A stretch of DNA of 64,000 nucleotides from Planctomycetota bacterium (GTDB lineage Bacteria; Planctomycetota; UBA1135; UBA2386): the NCBI GenBank assembly GCA_020638655.1, contig JACKIC010000003.1:136990-200989 (forward strand), in the 5' to 3' direction. The translations under genes and the position numbers were made by a program. Under the pieces are notes generated by a model, which searched no databases, had not been told where the DNA came from, and saw only the letters and a list, made by a program, of their open reading frames with translations. Shown in pieces: positions 42,234-54,658 of the stretch; the stretch's first letter is position 1, and every line of letters starts with the position of its first letter.

Positions 42234-43922
42234 ATGCCCACTGATTCCTTCCGTGTTGCTCTGCGAGACCTCGCTTCGGCCCGGGGTCTCGACGTTGCCC
42301 CGACCGTCGCGGACGCCTGCGCCGACACGGGTTGGGACCTGACCGACAGCGGCTGCCTGGTTGGGCGGGACGAGCCCTGGCTGCTCGCCGGCCTGCGCGC
42401 CGCGGCCGGTGACCCCGACCCGGTCGCGCGGGCGCGGGCGGCGATCGCGGGGGTCGCCGGCAACGACGCGCCGGTGGCCCTGTTCGCGAACGAGGCGGCG
42501 GCGGCCCTGCGACTCGCCGCGGTGTCTGGGCCGGGGGCGTTGCTGGTCGTCGACGAGGCCCTCGGCGGGACCGGCGCCAGCGAGGTGGCGCGCTGTACGT
42601 TCGCGCAGGTGACGGCCGAGCGCCTCGGCGGTGTCGGAATGCTCGTAGTCGAGCCGACCGTGGCCGCCGCCGACCTGACGCGAGTGCTCGAGGTGGCCGC
42701 GGCGGCGGGCGTGAGCGTCGTCTTCGACGAGCGCCGCACTGCGTGTCGGGCCGCGGCGGCGAGCGTCGCCGCGGCGCGCGTCGCGGCCGGAGGGCGCGGT
42801 CCCGACATGGTGCTGTTCGGGCGTTCGCTGGCGGCGGGTTTGCCGTTCGCCGCGATCGTCGGGGACGCCGACGCGACCGGGATCGACGCGGTGACGGCGG
42901 GCGTCGTCGCGGTGATCGCCGAGCAGATGCTGCGCGCGCCGGTCGCCGCCGAGCTCGAACGCACGGCCGCCGAGATCGTCGCCGCGGTCGACGCCGCGGC
43001 GGCGCGCGAGGAGCTGCGCATCGCATGGTCGGGCCCCGCGGCGATGCCGAGCCTCTCGTTCGCCGATCAGGACAGCGCCGAGGGCGTGCTGATCCTGCAT
43101 CACTTCGGCCTCGAGCTCGCCGCGGCCGGCTGCACCAGCGCGGGGCCGCTGCTGCTGCCACCGGCGCTGCGCCGCGGCGGCGCGGCGCCGGTGCTCGGCA
43201 TGTTCACGCACGCCGTGGCGCGCGTGCGCACGCTGCTGATCGAATACAACTCGTACCTGTCGGGCGGCATCCCGTTCGTGTTTCCGGGCGGCGACCCGGT
43301 GCTGTGCGCGCGCGGCGCGACGCGCTACCGGTACCCCAGGCTCGCCGAGGTCGACGTCGACGCGCGCGAAGACGGCATCCGCATCCACTTCGCCGCCGGC
43401 GAACTCGGCGCGGTGACCTCGTCGGGTTTCTACGTGCCGACGCGACTCGTGGGCGACGTCGACGTCGCGATCCGCTACGTCGTGCCGCAGTTCTCCGCGG
43501 GGCCGGACGCGACGTGCCTGGGGCTGTTCCTGCAGAACGAGGCGTCGACGGCGCGCTACTACGCGCAGCTGATGAGCACCAGCGACGCGCCGGCCGCGCG
43601 CAGCGTCGCGCTCGGCCATGCCGGCGCCGTGATCGGGCGGCGGCCGGTGTCCGGGGACACGGGTTGGTTGCGGCTGCTGCGCCGCGGCGGCGAGGTGATC
43701 GCCTTCTTCCGTGCCGACACGCAGGCGCCTTGGCAGGAGCTGGGCCGCGTTCCGGCGACCGCCGACGAGCTCGTGGTCGGCGCCAAGATCTGGTCCAAGC
43801 AGCGCACCGACGGCCTGATCGGCGACCTGTTCGACCTGTCGATCGACGCGGCGCTGGCGGCCGATCAGCCGCCGGTGTTGGAGAGTCGCCCCGATCCGAG
43901 GGTCGAAGCCAGGAAGCGGTAG
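42234..43922 (+). CDS. Degenerate class-III aminotransferase-fold protein (catalytic Lys replaced by Arg) fused to a jelly-roll/ConA-like C-terminal domain
   Basis: ATG 42234. VVFDERRTACR / PDMVLFGRSLAAGLPFAAIVG align with LIFDEVVTGFR / ADIALYGKVVAGGHPIGLVAG of the PKS AMT domain, with Arg codon 42822-42824 in place of Lys. The C-terminal ~200 aa carry GWLRLLRRGGEVIAFFRADTQAPWQEL, which is typical of ConA-like domains. Composition is Ala-rich but not Arg-biased. Its 3' end overlaps the convergent RND gene by 58 nt. Confidence 0.6.
   Translation: MPTDSFRVALRDLASARGLDVAPTVADACADTGWDLTDSGCLVGRDEPWLLAGLRAAAGDPDPVARARAAIAGVAGNDAPVALFANEAAAALRLAAVSGPGALLVVDEALGGTGASEVARCTFAQVTAERLGGVGMLVVEPTVAAADLTRVLEVAAAAGVSVVFDERRTACRAAAASVAAARVAAGGRGPDMVLFGRSLAAGLPFAAIVGDADATGIDAVTAGVVAVIAEQMLRAPVAAELERTAAEIVAAVDAAAAREELRIAWSGPAAMPSLSFADQDSAEGVLILHHFGLELAAAGCTSAGPLLLPPALRRGGAAPVLGMFTHAVARVRTLLIEYNSYLSGGIPFVFPGGDPVLCARGATRYRYPRLAEVDVDAREDGIRIHFAAGELGAVTSSGFYVPTRLVGDVDVAIRYVVPQFSAGPDATCLGLFLQNEASTARYYAQLMSTSDAPAARSVALGHAGAVIGRRPVSGDTGWLRLLRRGGEVIAFFRADTQAPWQELGRVPATADELVVGAKIWSKQRTDGLIGDLFDLSIDAALAADQPPVLESRPDPRVEARKR
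42240..42255 (+). repeat. Third copy of the ACTGATTCCTTCCGTG motif, overlapping codons 3-8 of CDS 42234-43922
   Basis: Exact 16-nt match to 20092-20107 and to the reverse complement of 20188-20203. Confidence 0.85.
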
Positions 43923-46900
43923 GCGACGGGCGTCACGACGAGGCTCAGCACCAGGCTGAGCAGCTGGCCGCCGATCACCACGACCGAGATCGCCTTGCGT
44001 TCTTCGGCGCCGGGGCCCGAGCCGAGCGCCAGCGGGATCATGCCGGCGACGAACGCGAGCGTGGTCATCAGGATCGGCCGCAGCCGGTCGCGGCTGCCCT
44101 GGATCACCGCTTCGTCGAGCGGCATGCCGGCGCGCAACAGCTGGTTGCTGTGGTCGATCTGCAGGATCGAGTTCTTCTTGACCATGCCGAACAGCACCAG
44201 CACGCCGAGCGCCGAGTAGAGGTTCAGCGACTCGCCGGCGAGCAGCAGCGACAGCAGCGCGAACGGCGCCGCGAGCGGCAGCGCGAGCAGGATCACGACC
44301 GGCTGCAGCGCGCTCTCGAACTGCGCTGCGAGGATCATGTACATGAACAGCACGGACAGCAGGAAGGCGATGATGAACTCGTCGAACGTCTTCTCGAGCT
44401 CGCGGGCGCGGCCGGCGACCGCGGTGCTGTATTCGGGCCCCATGCCGAGCTTCGCCGCGGCATCGCGCAGCGCGGCGGTGCGGTCGGCGAGCGCGTAGCC
44501 GGCGGCGACCGAGCCGCGCAGGCTGTTCTGGCGCTGGCGGTCGAGGCGGTCGATGCGCGACGGGCTGAACGCGGGCACGATCTCGACGAGGTTGTCGAGG
44601 CGCACCGGCGGGCCGCTGCGGCGCGGCACCATCAGGCGCCCGAACTCGCCGACGTCGGCGCGGTCGACCTGTCGCAGCCGCAGGCGCACGTCGTATTCCT
44701 CGTCGAGCGACGGGTCGCGGAAGCGGCTGACCTGGCGGTCGCCGCCGACCATCAGGCGCAGCGCGAAGGCCACGTCCTCGATGTCGACACCGAGTTCTGC
44801 GGCGCGCGCGCGATCGACCTGTACGCGCAGCTCGGGTTGGGTCAGGCGCAGCGTGGTGTCGAGGTCGTCCATGCCGCCGAGCTCGCGCGCCATCTCCTTC
44901 ATGCGCTGGCCGAGCTGGTCGAGGGTCACGAGGTCGGGGCCGCGGATCGCGAAGTCGATGTCGAAGTAGCCGCCGCCCGTGAAGCTGCGCTGGTTGCGCA
45001 CCGAACAGCGCAGGTCCGGGAACTTGCGCAGCCGCCGCCGGATCTCGCTCATCACGTCGCGCTGCGTGTAGTTGCCGCGGAACGCCGCGAGCGGTTCGCC
45101 GGCGAGCGTGCAGTCGAGCAGGCGGCCGACCGAGAAGCGGCGCTGCTCGTGCGGTTCGATGCGCACGTAGAGCGAGCCGCTGCTGACGCCGCCGAGGAAG
45201 CCGCCGCCGGACTGCGCGAGGATCGTGGTCACGCCGCGCACCTGACGCACTTCGGCCTCGACGGCGCGCACGGCCTGGTCCATCGCCTCGTAGCCGACCT
45301 GGTCGGGGCCGCTGATGCGCACGTCGAACTCGCCTTCGTCGACGTCGGACGGGATGTAGTCCTGGCGCACGTGTTCGTAGATCGGCACCGTCGAACCCGC
45401 GACCGCGACGGCGACCAGCAGGGTCAGCCAGGGGTGCCGCAGGGCCTTGCGCAGCAGCCAGACGTAGGCGCGTTCGGAGATGCCCGCGTGCTGGCCGTGC
45501 ATCGCGGTCATCGAGTCGCTGCGCAGCCAGCGCGCGCTCAGCATCGGCGTCAGCGAGAACGACACCACCAGACTGACGAGCACCGCGGCTGCGGCGGTGA
45601 TGCCGAACTGGAACAGGAAGCGGCCGCTGATGCTCGACATGAACGAGACCGGCACGAAGATCACGACCAGGCTGAACGTCGTCGCCAGCACCGCGAGGCC
45701 GATCTCCTTGGTCGCGCCGCGCGCGGCCGCGAACGGCGTCATGCCCTTCTCGGTGGCCCAGCGGTGGATGTTCTCGAGCACGACGATCGCGTCGTCGATG
45801 ACCACGCCGACCATCAGCACCAGGGCCAGCATCGTGACGCTGTTGAGCGTGAAGCCCAGCGCCCACATCAGCCCGAACGTGGTGATCACCGAGGCCGGGA
45901 TCGCCAGCGCGGCGATCACCGTCGCGCGCCAGCTGCGCAGGAACATCAGCACCACGAGCGACGCGAAGATCGAGCCGATCACGAGGTGCAGCTCGATCTC
46001 GTGCAGCGCCGCGTGGATGTAGCGCGACTGGTCGCGGATCACCTCGAGGCGCAGGTCCGACGGCAGCTCGAGGCGCAGCCGTTCGATCGCCTCCTTGCAG
46101 CGGTCGATGACGGCGACGGTGTTCTCGCCCGACTGGCGGCGGATGTCGAGCTGCACGCACGGCACCCCGTCGAGGCGCGTCGCCGAGCGCGGCTCCTCGG
46201 TGCCGTCCTCGGCGCGGCCGATGTCGCCGATGCGCACGCCGACGCCGTCGCGCGTCTCGATCACGAGGTCGTCGAAGCGGCGCGGGTCGTAGATGCGGCC
46301 CATGGTGCGCAGCACGATCTCGCGGTCGGCGGTGCTGACGTTGCCGCCCGGCGTGTCGCTGTTCTGCCGCACCAGGGCTTCGCGCACCTTGGTGATCGGC
46401 AGCCCGTAGGCGGCGAGGCGGTCGGCATCGAGCCAGATGTTGATCGTGCGCTCGCGGCCGCCGTCGATGCGCACCTCGCCGACGCCGCCCTCGCGTTCGA
46501 GGCGCCGCTTGATGCGCTTGTCGGCGAACTCGGTGAGCTCGCGCAGGGGGCGGTTGCCCGACAGCGCCAGGGTCAGGATCGGCGAGCTGTCGCTGTCGAA
46601 CTTGGATACGACCGGCGGCTCGATGTCGCGCGGCAGGCGCCGCGCCGCGACGGCGACGCGGTCGCGCACGTCCTGCGCGGCGAGGTCGATGTCGCGCGAC
46701 AGGTCGAACGTGGCGATCACGAACGAGCTGCCGGTGCTCGAGATCGAGCGCAGCTCGTTGATGCCGGCCACCGAGTTGAGGGCCTCCTCGATCGGCTGCG
46801 AGACCGTGACCTCGACCTCCTCGGGCGAGGCGCCGGGCAGCGTCGCGCGCACCGACACGGTCGGCTGGTCGATCGACGGGAAGCGGTCGACGGACAGCTT

Positions 46901-46993
46901 GTTGAAGCCGACGGCGCCGACGACGGTCATCGCCAGCACGAGCATGCAGGCGAAGACGGGGCGGTTGATGCAGATCTCGGCGAGCTTCTGCAT
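43865..46993 (-). CDS. RND efflux transporter, inner-membrane subunit (AcrB/AcrD/AcrF family)
   Basis: 1042 aa. The N-terminus is the canonical MQKLAEICINRPVFACMLVLAMTVVG...DRFPSIDQPTVSV, and the 12-TM / two-large-loop layout is evident. Confidence 0.95.
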   Translation of the reverse strand: MQKLAEICINRPVFACMLVLAMTVVGAVGFNKLSVDRFPSIDQPTVSVRATLPGASPEEVEVTVSQPIEEALNSVAGINELRSISSTGSSFVIATFDLSRDIDLAAQDVRDRVAVAARRLPRDIEPPVVSKFDSDSSPILTLALSGNRPLRELTEFADKRIKRRLEREGGVGEVRIDGGRERTINIWLDADRLAAYGLPITKVREALVRQNSDTPGGNVSTADREIVLRTMGRIYDPRRFDDLVIETRDGVGVRIGDIGRAEDGTEEPRSATRLDGVPCVQLDIRRQSGENTVAVIDRCKEAIERLRLELPSDLRLEVIRDQSRYIHAALHEIELHLVIGSIFASLVVLMFLRSWRATVIAALAIPASVITTFGLMWALGFTLNSVTMLALVLMVGVVIDDAIVVLENIHRWATEKGMTPFAAARGATKEIGLAVLATTFSLVVIFVPVSFMSSISGRFLFQFGITAAAAVLVSLVVSFSLTPMLSARWLRSDSMTAMHGQHAGISERAYVWLLRKALRHPWLTLLVAVAVAGSTVPIYEHVRQDYIPSDVDEGEFDVRISGPDQVGYEAMDQAVRAVEAEVRQVRGVTTILAQSGGGFLGGVSSGSLYVRIEPHEQRRFSVGRLLDCTLAGEPLAAFRGNYTQRDVMSEIRRRLRKFPDLRCSVRNQRSFTGGGYFDIDFAIRGPDLVTLDQLGQRMKEMARELGGMDDLDTTLRLTQPELRVQVDRARAAELGVDIEDVAFALRLMVGGDRQVSRFRDPSLDEEYDVRLRLRQVDRADVGEFGRLMVPRRSGPPVRLDNLVEIVPAFSPSRIDRLDRQRQNSLRGSVAAGYALADRTAALRDAAAKLGMGPEYSTAVAGRARELEKTFDEFIIAFLLSVLFMYMILAAQFESALQPVVILLALPLAAPFALLSLLLAGESLNLYSALGVLVLFGMVKKNSILQIDHSNQLLRAGMPLDEAVIQGSRDRLRPILMTTLAFVAGMIPLALGSGPGAEERKAISVVVIGGQLLSLVLSLVVTPVAYRFLASTLGSGRLSNTGG

Positions 46994-46994
46994 C

Positions 46995-48179
46995 TCAGCG
47001 GCTCTCGACGCGCACGGCGTCTCCGTTGACGAGGTTGCCCGGTGCGGCCACGACCGAGTCGCCCGCGGCGACGCCGGCGAGCACCTCGACGCGGCCGTCG
47101 AGGCGCCGGCCGAGCGTCACCAGGTGCTCCACGGCCTTGCCCTCGGCGACCGTGAACAGGCGGTCGACGCCCGCGAACGAGGCCACTGCCTCGATCGGCA
47201 CCGCGACCGCGGGTTCGGCGGCGGCGACGACGATCGCGGCCCGGCAGAAGGCGCCGGGCAGCAGCTTGTGGTCCTGGTTGTCGACGGCGGCTTCGACCAG
47301 CAGCGTGCGGTTGACGCGGTCGATGCCGGAGCCCAGCCGCGTGACCTTGCCGGAGAACGACTCGCTCGAGCCGTCGACGGTGAACTCGACCTCGTGCCCG
47401 AGCCGCACCTCGACTGCCTGGCGTTCGGGCACCTCCATGCGCAACCGCAGCGGATCGACGCGCAGCAGGGTGACCACCGGCGAGCCCGCGGTCAGATACT
47501 GGCCGACCGCGGTGTGCCGCGTCGCGACCCGCCCCGGCCACGGCGCGCGGATCTCGGCGTCGAGCAGGCGCTTGTCGGCGATCGCGAGCTGCTGGCGCTT
47601 GACCTCGAGTTCGGCCAGCCACGTGCGCGCCTGGTCGCGGGCGCGTTGCACGCGGCTCTGCGCCACCGCGAGGGCGGCGTTGGCGGCGTCGAGTTCGGCC
47701 GGCGGCTTGAGCTGCTTCTGCACCAGCTCGAGCGTGCGGCCCTGCTGCAGCCGGGCGTCGGCGAGCACGGCCTCGGCCTCGCGGACCGCGGCCACGGTGC
47801 CGAGGTCGAGTTCCTGCCCCTCGGCGGTCTGCAGGCCGAGCTGGGCGCGCGCCTGATCGAGCTCCGCGGCGGCGCGGGCCCGGTCGAGTTCGAAGTCGCG
47901 GCGGTCGAGCGCGGCCAGCAGGTCGCCGGCGCCGACGTCGTCGCCGAGGTCGACGCGCAGGTCGACGAGGCGGCCGGTCACCTGGAAGCCGAGCACCAGC
48001 TCGTCGAGCGCCAGCAGGGTGCCGTGCACCTGCACGCGGCGCGCCAGCTCGACGCGCTCGACCTGGACCAGCGAAACGGCCCGTGCCGCGGGCGGTGTGC
48101 GCGCGGCGGCCTTGGTGTCCCCGCCGCCGCAGGCGGCGAGCAGCAGGGACACGGCGATGAGGCGGGGGTGGTGGGGCAT
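46995..48179 (-). CDS. RND efflux periplasmic adaptor (membrane fusion protein), lipoprotein
   Basis: ATG 48179 with lipobox LLLAAC. It has coiled-coil and HlyD-like barrel segments. Its stop lies 1 nt before the RND pump start. The upstream ORF extension to 48377 was rejected. Confidence 0.9.
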   Translation of the reverse strand: MPHHPRLIAVSLLLAACGGGDTKAAARTPPAARAVSLVQVERVELARRVQVHGTLLALDELVLGFQVTGRLVDLRVDLGDDVGAGDLLAALDRRDFELDRARAAAELDQARAQLGLQTAEGQELDLGTVAAVREAEAVLADARLQQGRTLELVQKQLKPPAELDAANAALAVAQSRVQRARDQARTWLAELEVKRQQLAIADKRLLDAEIRAPWPGRVATRHTAVGQYLTAGSPVVTLLRVDPLRLRMEVPERQAVEVRLGHEVEFTVDGSSESFSGKVTRLGSGIDRVNRTLLVEAAVDNQDHKLLPGAFCRAAIVVAAAEPAVAVPIEAVASFAGVDRLFTVAEGKAVEHLVTLGRRLDGRVEVLAGVAAGDSVVAAPGNLVNGDAVRVESR

Positions 48180-48303
48180 CGGGGTCGGATGGTAACAGGC
48201 GACCTGTTCGCGACATGCACCGAGCTGGCTGCGGGGCGCCACGATCGCGCAACAGTTCGGTCGCGCCGGCGGCCGCGCGGCCCTGGTGGTATGGTGCCGC
48301 CCC

Positions 48304-49938
48304 ATGCTGCTACGAACTGTCCTGGCCGGGAGCCTCGTCCTGGCCGCGGTCGTCGCCCAGGCGCCGCCTGGCTTCAAGACCTACGAGAACAAGCTCTCCG
48401 AACTGGTCTTCTACTACCCCGTCGTCTACCAGGAGGTGCCGGTCCCGCCGACCGAGCAGACCCTGGTCGCGCGCTACGTGCTCAAGGACAAGCCGCGCGA
48501 GCTCAAGAAGGTCGACGACCGCGTCTACAAGGCCGTCGAGCCGCAGCTCTACTTCTACAATTTCGAACTGCCGCAGGCGGTCACCGGCGCGCGCCCCGCG
48601 GACACCGCGGAGGACGGCAAGCCGACGACCGTGCGCGAGGCGATGGAGGCGAGCAGCCGGGTGTCGTCGTGGGAGGAGTTCGCCAAGCGGTTCGCCAACT
48701 GGCACCTGCAGGAGGACGCCAAGAACCCCGGCAACTTCGACATGGTGTTCGAGGGCCGGTGGCAGATCCCCGACGCCAAGCCGGTCGGCCGGCTGGTCAA
48801 GCTGCAGGAAGGCAACGTCATCTACGGCGCGTACGGCTTCGCCCTGAGCCCCTACCAGAAGGTCTTCGACCGCCACTTCGACAAGCTCGCCAAGGGCATC
48901 GAGCTCGGCGACGGCGCCGACGACGCCAGCGAGCGCGCCAGCGAGCGCATCGACCGCATCTACGCGAGCGGCGAGTACAGCGCGGTCGAGCTGCGCAAGA
49001 AGGCGCGCGTCGAGATGGCGCGCGGCTGGAAGGCGTACGACACGCCCAACTACCTGATCGTGCACCACTCGAAGAACGATGGCCTGATCAAGCGCATCGG
49101 CCGGGACATCGAGGCGATGCGCTCGCTCTACATGGAGCTGTTCCCGCCGACCAAGCCGGTCGACGCGGTCAGCATCGTGCGCGTCTGCCGCACCAAGGAG
49201 GAGTACGCCCAGTACGGCGGCCCGCCCGGCTCCGGCGGCTATTGGCACCCGGGCAACGAGGAGCTCGTCTTCTACGACTACTCGTACACGATGAAGACGC
49301 TCGACGACGACGAGCGCAAGGCGATGGGCAAGCGCAAGCTCACCGACGACGACTCGCTGCTCGTGCTCTACCACGAGGCCTTCCACCAGTACATCTTCTA
49401 CGCGGTCGGCGAGTTCGCGCCGCACGACTGGTTCAACGAGGGCTACGGCGACTACTTCTCGGGCACCGACATCGGCAAGTCGTCGGGCAAGGTGCAGGGC
49501 ATCGACCCGAGCCCCTGGCGCATCCACCTCGCCAAGGACATGTGCGAGTACGGCGAGGGCTTCGTGCCGCTCAAGGAGATCCTCAACGCCGAGCGCGCCG
49601 TGTTCTACAACCGCGCGCGCATCGGCTTCTTCTACGCCGGCGCGTGGTCGTTCATCTACTTCCTCAAGCAGTGCCCGGAGGTGCAGTCGCACCCCAAGTG
49701 GGCCGCGCTGCTGCAGACCTACTTCGACACCGCCAAGGCCGCGTACGCCGAAGAGCTGGCCAAGCTCGGCGAGAACCCCGACCTGAGCAAGAAGCAGGTC
49801 GCGCAGTTCATGGCCCGCAAGGCGGCGCTCAAGGCCGCGCTCGACGGCGTCGACCTCGACGAACTCGAGAAGGCGTGGAAGAAGTACGTCGTCGAGATGA
49901 AGGACCCGTGGCCGTCGCAGCGCAAGAAGCACAAGTAG
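48304..49938 (+). CDS. Exported putative zinc metallopeptidase-like protein (DUF1570-like, HExxH)
   Basis: ATG 48304 with signal peptide MLLRTVLAGSLVLAAVVAQA. It has the motif LYHEAFHQY followed by NEGYGDYF. The K/E/Y/F-rich composition is clearly coding in this GC-rich genome. Confidence 0.75.
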   Translation: MLLRTVLAGSLVLAAVVAQAPPGFKTYENKLSELVFYYPVVYQEVPVPPTEQTLVARYVLKDKPRELKKVDDRVYKAVEPQLYFYNFELPQAVTGARPADTAEDGKPTTVREAMEASSRVSSWEEFAKRFANWHLQEDAKNPGNFDMVFEGRWQIPDAKPVGRLVKLQEGNVIYGAYGFALSPYQKVFDRHFDKLAKGIELGDGADDASERASERIDRIYASGEYSAVELRKKARVEMARGWKAYDTPNYLIVHHSKNDGLIKRIGRDIEAMRSLYMELFPPTKPVDAVSIVRVCRTKEEYAQYGGPPGSGGYWHPGNEELVFYDYSYTMKTLDDDERKAMGKRKLTDDDSLLVLYHEAFHQYIFYAVGEFAPHDWFNEGYGDYFSGTDIGKSSGKVQGIDPSPWRIHLAKDMCEYGEGFVPLKEILNAERAVFYNRARIGFFYAGAWSFIYFLKQCPEVQSHPKWAALLQTYFDTAKAAYAEELAKLGENPDLSKKQVAQFMARKAALKAALDGVDLDELEKAWKKYVVEMKDPWPSQRKKHK

Positions 49939-49963
49939 GGCCACCGACAACCCCTGGAACCCC

Positions 49964-51499
49964 ATGCACCTGCACCGCACCTTCGCCGCTCTCCCGTTGC
50001 TCGCGCTCGCGCTGCCCGCGCAGTCGATCCTCTCCAGCCACCTCGTGAGCCTCGACCGCTCACCGCTGCCGCTGATGCGCGCGGCGGCGGACACCGACGG
50101 CGACGGGGTCGCCGACTTCCTGAGCTACGTGCGCATCGAGATCTCCCCCGGCGTGAGCGGCTACGAGGTCGTGCTGGCGTCGGGCGCCAGCGCGGCGCCG
50201 CTGCACACGTTCACGGCCAACGACTTCTCGGAGGTCAGGGACTGCGTCGGCTTCGGCGACGCCGATCTCGATGGCCGCGGTGACGTTGCCGTGGTGACGA
50301 TCGGCTCGTTGTACGTCTACTCGGGAGCGACCGGCAACCAACTCTACGTTCTGCCGGCGGGGTCGGGCTTCCAGTACCGGGGGATCACGGCGATCGGGGA
50401 CTGGAACGGTGACGGCCGCGCCGACGTCGCCGTGGTGCTCTACGGCAACGGCACCAACGTGGTGCGTCTGTTGCAGGGCCAGAGCGGCAATCTGCTGGCG
50501 ACGTCGGCGCCGATCCAGAACAACAACGCCGACGCCGAGATCCGCGCGATCGGCGACATCGACAACGACGGCCGTCAGGACGTGGTCGTCACCACGCGTC
50601 GCTACGACACGCACGTCTTGCAGACCAACCCGATGCTCGAGGTGCGAACGCTGGGGCTCACCGGCAGCGACAGTCGTCACCTTCGCGTCGCCGACCTCGA
50701 CGGCGACGGCATCGCCGAGCTCCTGCTGCATCGCGATGGCAATGCGGGCAACGGCACGCTCGGGCGCGTCGAGGTCGTCGACGCGATGACCGGCAATCTG
50801 CGACTCACGCTGCGCGCGCAGCAGCCGTTCGAGACCGGCATGGGCGTGGACGTCGCGCCGGTCGGGGATCTCGATCACGATGGCATGGTCGATCTCGCCG
50901 TGATCGTGACGGCTGCCAACGGCCCGATGCTGCGCGCGTCGTCCGGGCGGACGGGCGCGCGGCTGTGGGGCTTTGGCGACTCTCCCTACGTGCACGTGGG
51001 CAGCGCGCTGTGCGCGCTCGGCGACGTCGACGCCGACGGCTACGGCGACTTCGCGGTCGCCGCGACGGTAATGCTCGGTCGCGAAGGTTGGTGGGTGACG
51101 TCGGGCAAGGTGCTCGCCGACGTCACCGTGCAGACCGGTGCCTGCGGCGCGGGGCCGATCCTGCCGCGCAACCTCATGTCGCGGCCGATCCTCGGCCAGC
51201 CCGTGACGATCCTGGGCTTCGACGGGCCCGCCAACACCAACGGGTTGTTGCTGTTCAGCCTGCGTCCGAGCGCGCCGACCTACCTCGGCGCGAGTTCGTG
51301 CTTCGCCTGGTTCGCCTACGGCAACGCCTCGGTGCTGCAGGTGCTGACGGGGCCGCAGTGGAGCTTCACCGTGGGTCTGCCGCTGGTGCCGCAGCTCGCG
51401 GGACTCGAGGTTGCCGTGCAGAGCTACTACGCCCCGACCGCAGGGCCGCTCGGCTACGACCTCGGCAACGGCATCTGGGCGCGATTCGGGTACCAGTAG
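49964..51499 (+). CDS. Exported FG-GAP/VCBS repeat protein with C-terminal recurrent module
   Basis: The signal peptide is MHLHRTFAALPLLALALPAQS. The repeats are DTDGDGVADF, DADLDGRGDV, DWNGDGRADV, DIDNDGRQDV, DLDGDGIAEL, DLDHDGMVDL and DVDADGYGDF. The C-terminus is TGACGAGP...PILGQPVTILGFDGP...GASSCFAWF...LPLVPQLAGLEVAVQSYY... Confidence 0.85.
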   Translation: MHLHRTFAALPLLALALPAQSILSSHLVSLDRSPLPLMRAAADTDGDGVADFLSYVRIEISPGVSGYEVVLASGASAAPLHTFTANDFSEVRDCVGFGDADLDGRGDVAVVTIGSLYVYSGATGNQLYVLPAGSGFQYRGITAIGDWNGDGRADVAVVLYGNGTNVVRLLQGQSGNLLATSAPIQNNNADAEIRAIGDIDNDGRQDVVVTTRRYDTHVLQTNPMLEVRTLGLTGSDSRHLRVADLDGDGIAELLLHRDGNAGNGTLGRVEVVDAMTGNLRLTLRAQQPFETGMGVDVAPVGDLDHDGMVDLAVIVTAANGPMLRASSGRTGARLWGFGDSPYVHVGSALCALGDVDADGYGDFAVAATVMLGREGWWVTSGKVLADVTVQTGACGAGPILPRNLMSRPILGQPVTILGFDGPANTNGLLLFSLRPSAPTYLGASSCFAWFAYGNASVLQVLTGPQWSFTVGLPLVPQLAGLEVAVQSYYAPTAGPLGYDLGNGIWARFGYQ

Positions 51500-52245
51500 T
51501 CCGACGCGGCGACCGTCTCTGCGATCGCCTTCGATCACCCGCAGCATGGCGGCCGCCGCGGATCACTGGATCCAGACGTCGAGGCCGCTGGTCGCCGAGA
51601 ACCCCGTGCTGCTGCCCGGCGAGAAGTAGCCGGCCTGGAAGTAGAGGTGCAGGTCGCCGAACGCGGCCACGGGCGGCACCGCGAACGGCACCACGAGGCG
51701 GCCCTGGGCGTCGAGGCGGTGCGAGATCGACACCGTCATGTTGGTCAGCACGTCGACGCCGGCGATCTGCCAGTTGGCCGGGAACGTGCCCATCGCGAAC
51801 GCGCCGAGCGCGTTCGGTTCGCCTTGCACGGTCATCGTGAAGGTCTGGCCGAGGCGCGCGCAGCCGACCGCGGTCAGCGTCGGCGTGAGGCTCGCGCCGG
51901 GCGTGGCCCGACCGTAGCTCGTGATCGTGCCGCAGGTCGCGCCCAGGCGCATCGCGACGAGGCTGCCGTTGCCGCCCGTGAACAGGAAGTCGCCGCTGAT
52001 CGGGTCGATCGCGCCGCCGCCGTTGGAGCCCAGGCCGGTCAGCACCATCTGGCGCGTGTTCGGCAGCGGGTCGCCGTTGCCGTCGGTCCGGTAGGCGGTG
52101 ATGCCGGCGTTCCACTCGCAGACCATCACGCAGTCGCCGAGCAGCGGCGCGGTGACGGGCGGGTAGAGGATGCCTTCGGGCCCGCCCTGGATCTGCACGG
52201 GCGGCGCGCTGATCGTCGGCGCGAACGTGCCGTTGCCGTCCGGCG

Positions 52246-54480
<2,235 letters not shown>

Positions 54481-54658
54481 GAAACGAGGACCCGGCCTCG
54501 GCGGTATGCCGCTCCTTGGCGGTGGCGCCGCGAACATCGAATCAGGCGGGTCAGGCCAGCCGAATGTGCCGACAGAGGTCGGCGCTCCCTTTGGGCTGCA
54601 ACAGCAGTCGGACGGCGCTAGTGGGCGAACAGGATAGCGACGGCAGCGGCAATGGGAA

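Noticed and set aside
42102-47029. Very long ORFs 42102-46160(-) and 42743-47029(+) overlapping the RND pump and the pseudo-aminotransferase gene
   Set aside because: They have Arg-rich, low-complexity composition and no motifs. The alternative frames (43865-46993 minus, 42234-43922 plus) give a textbook AcrB-family protein and an aminotransferase-fold protein.
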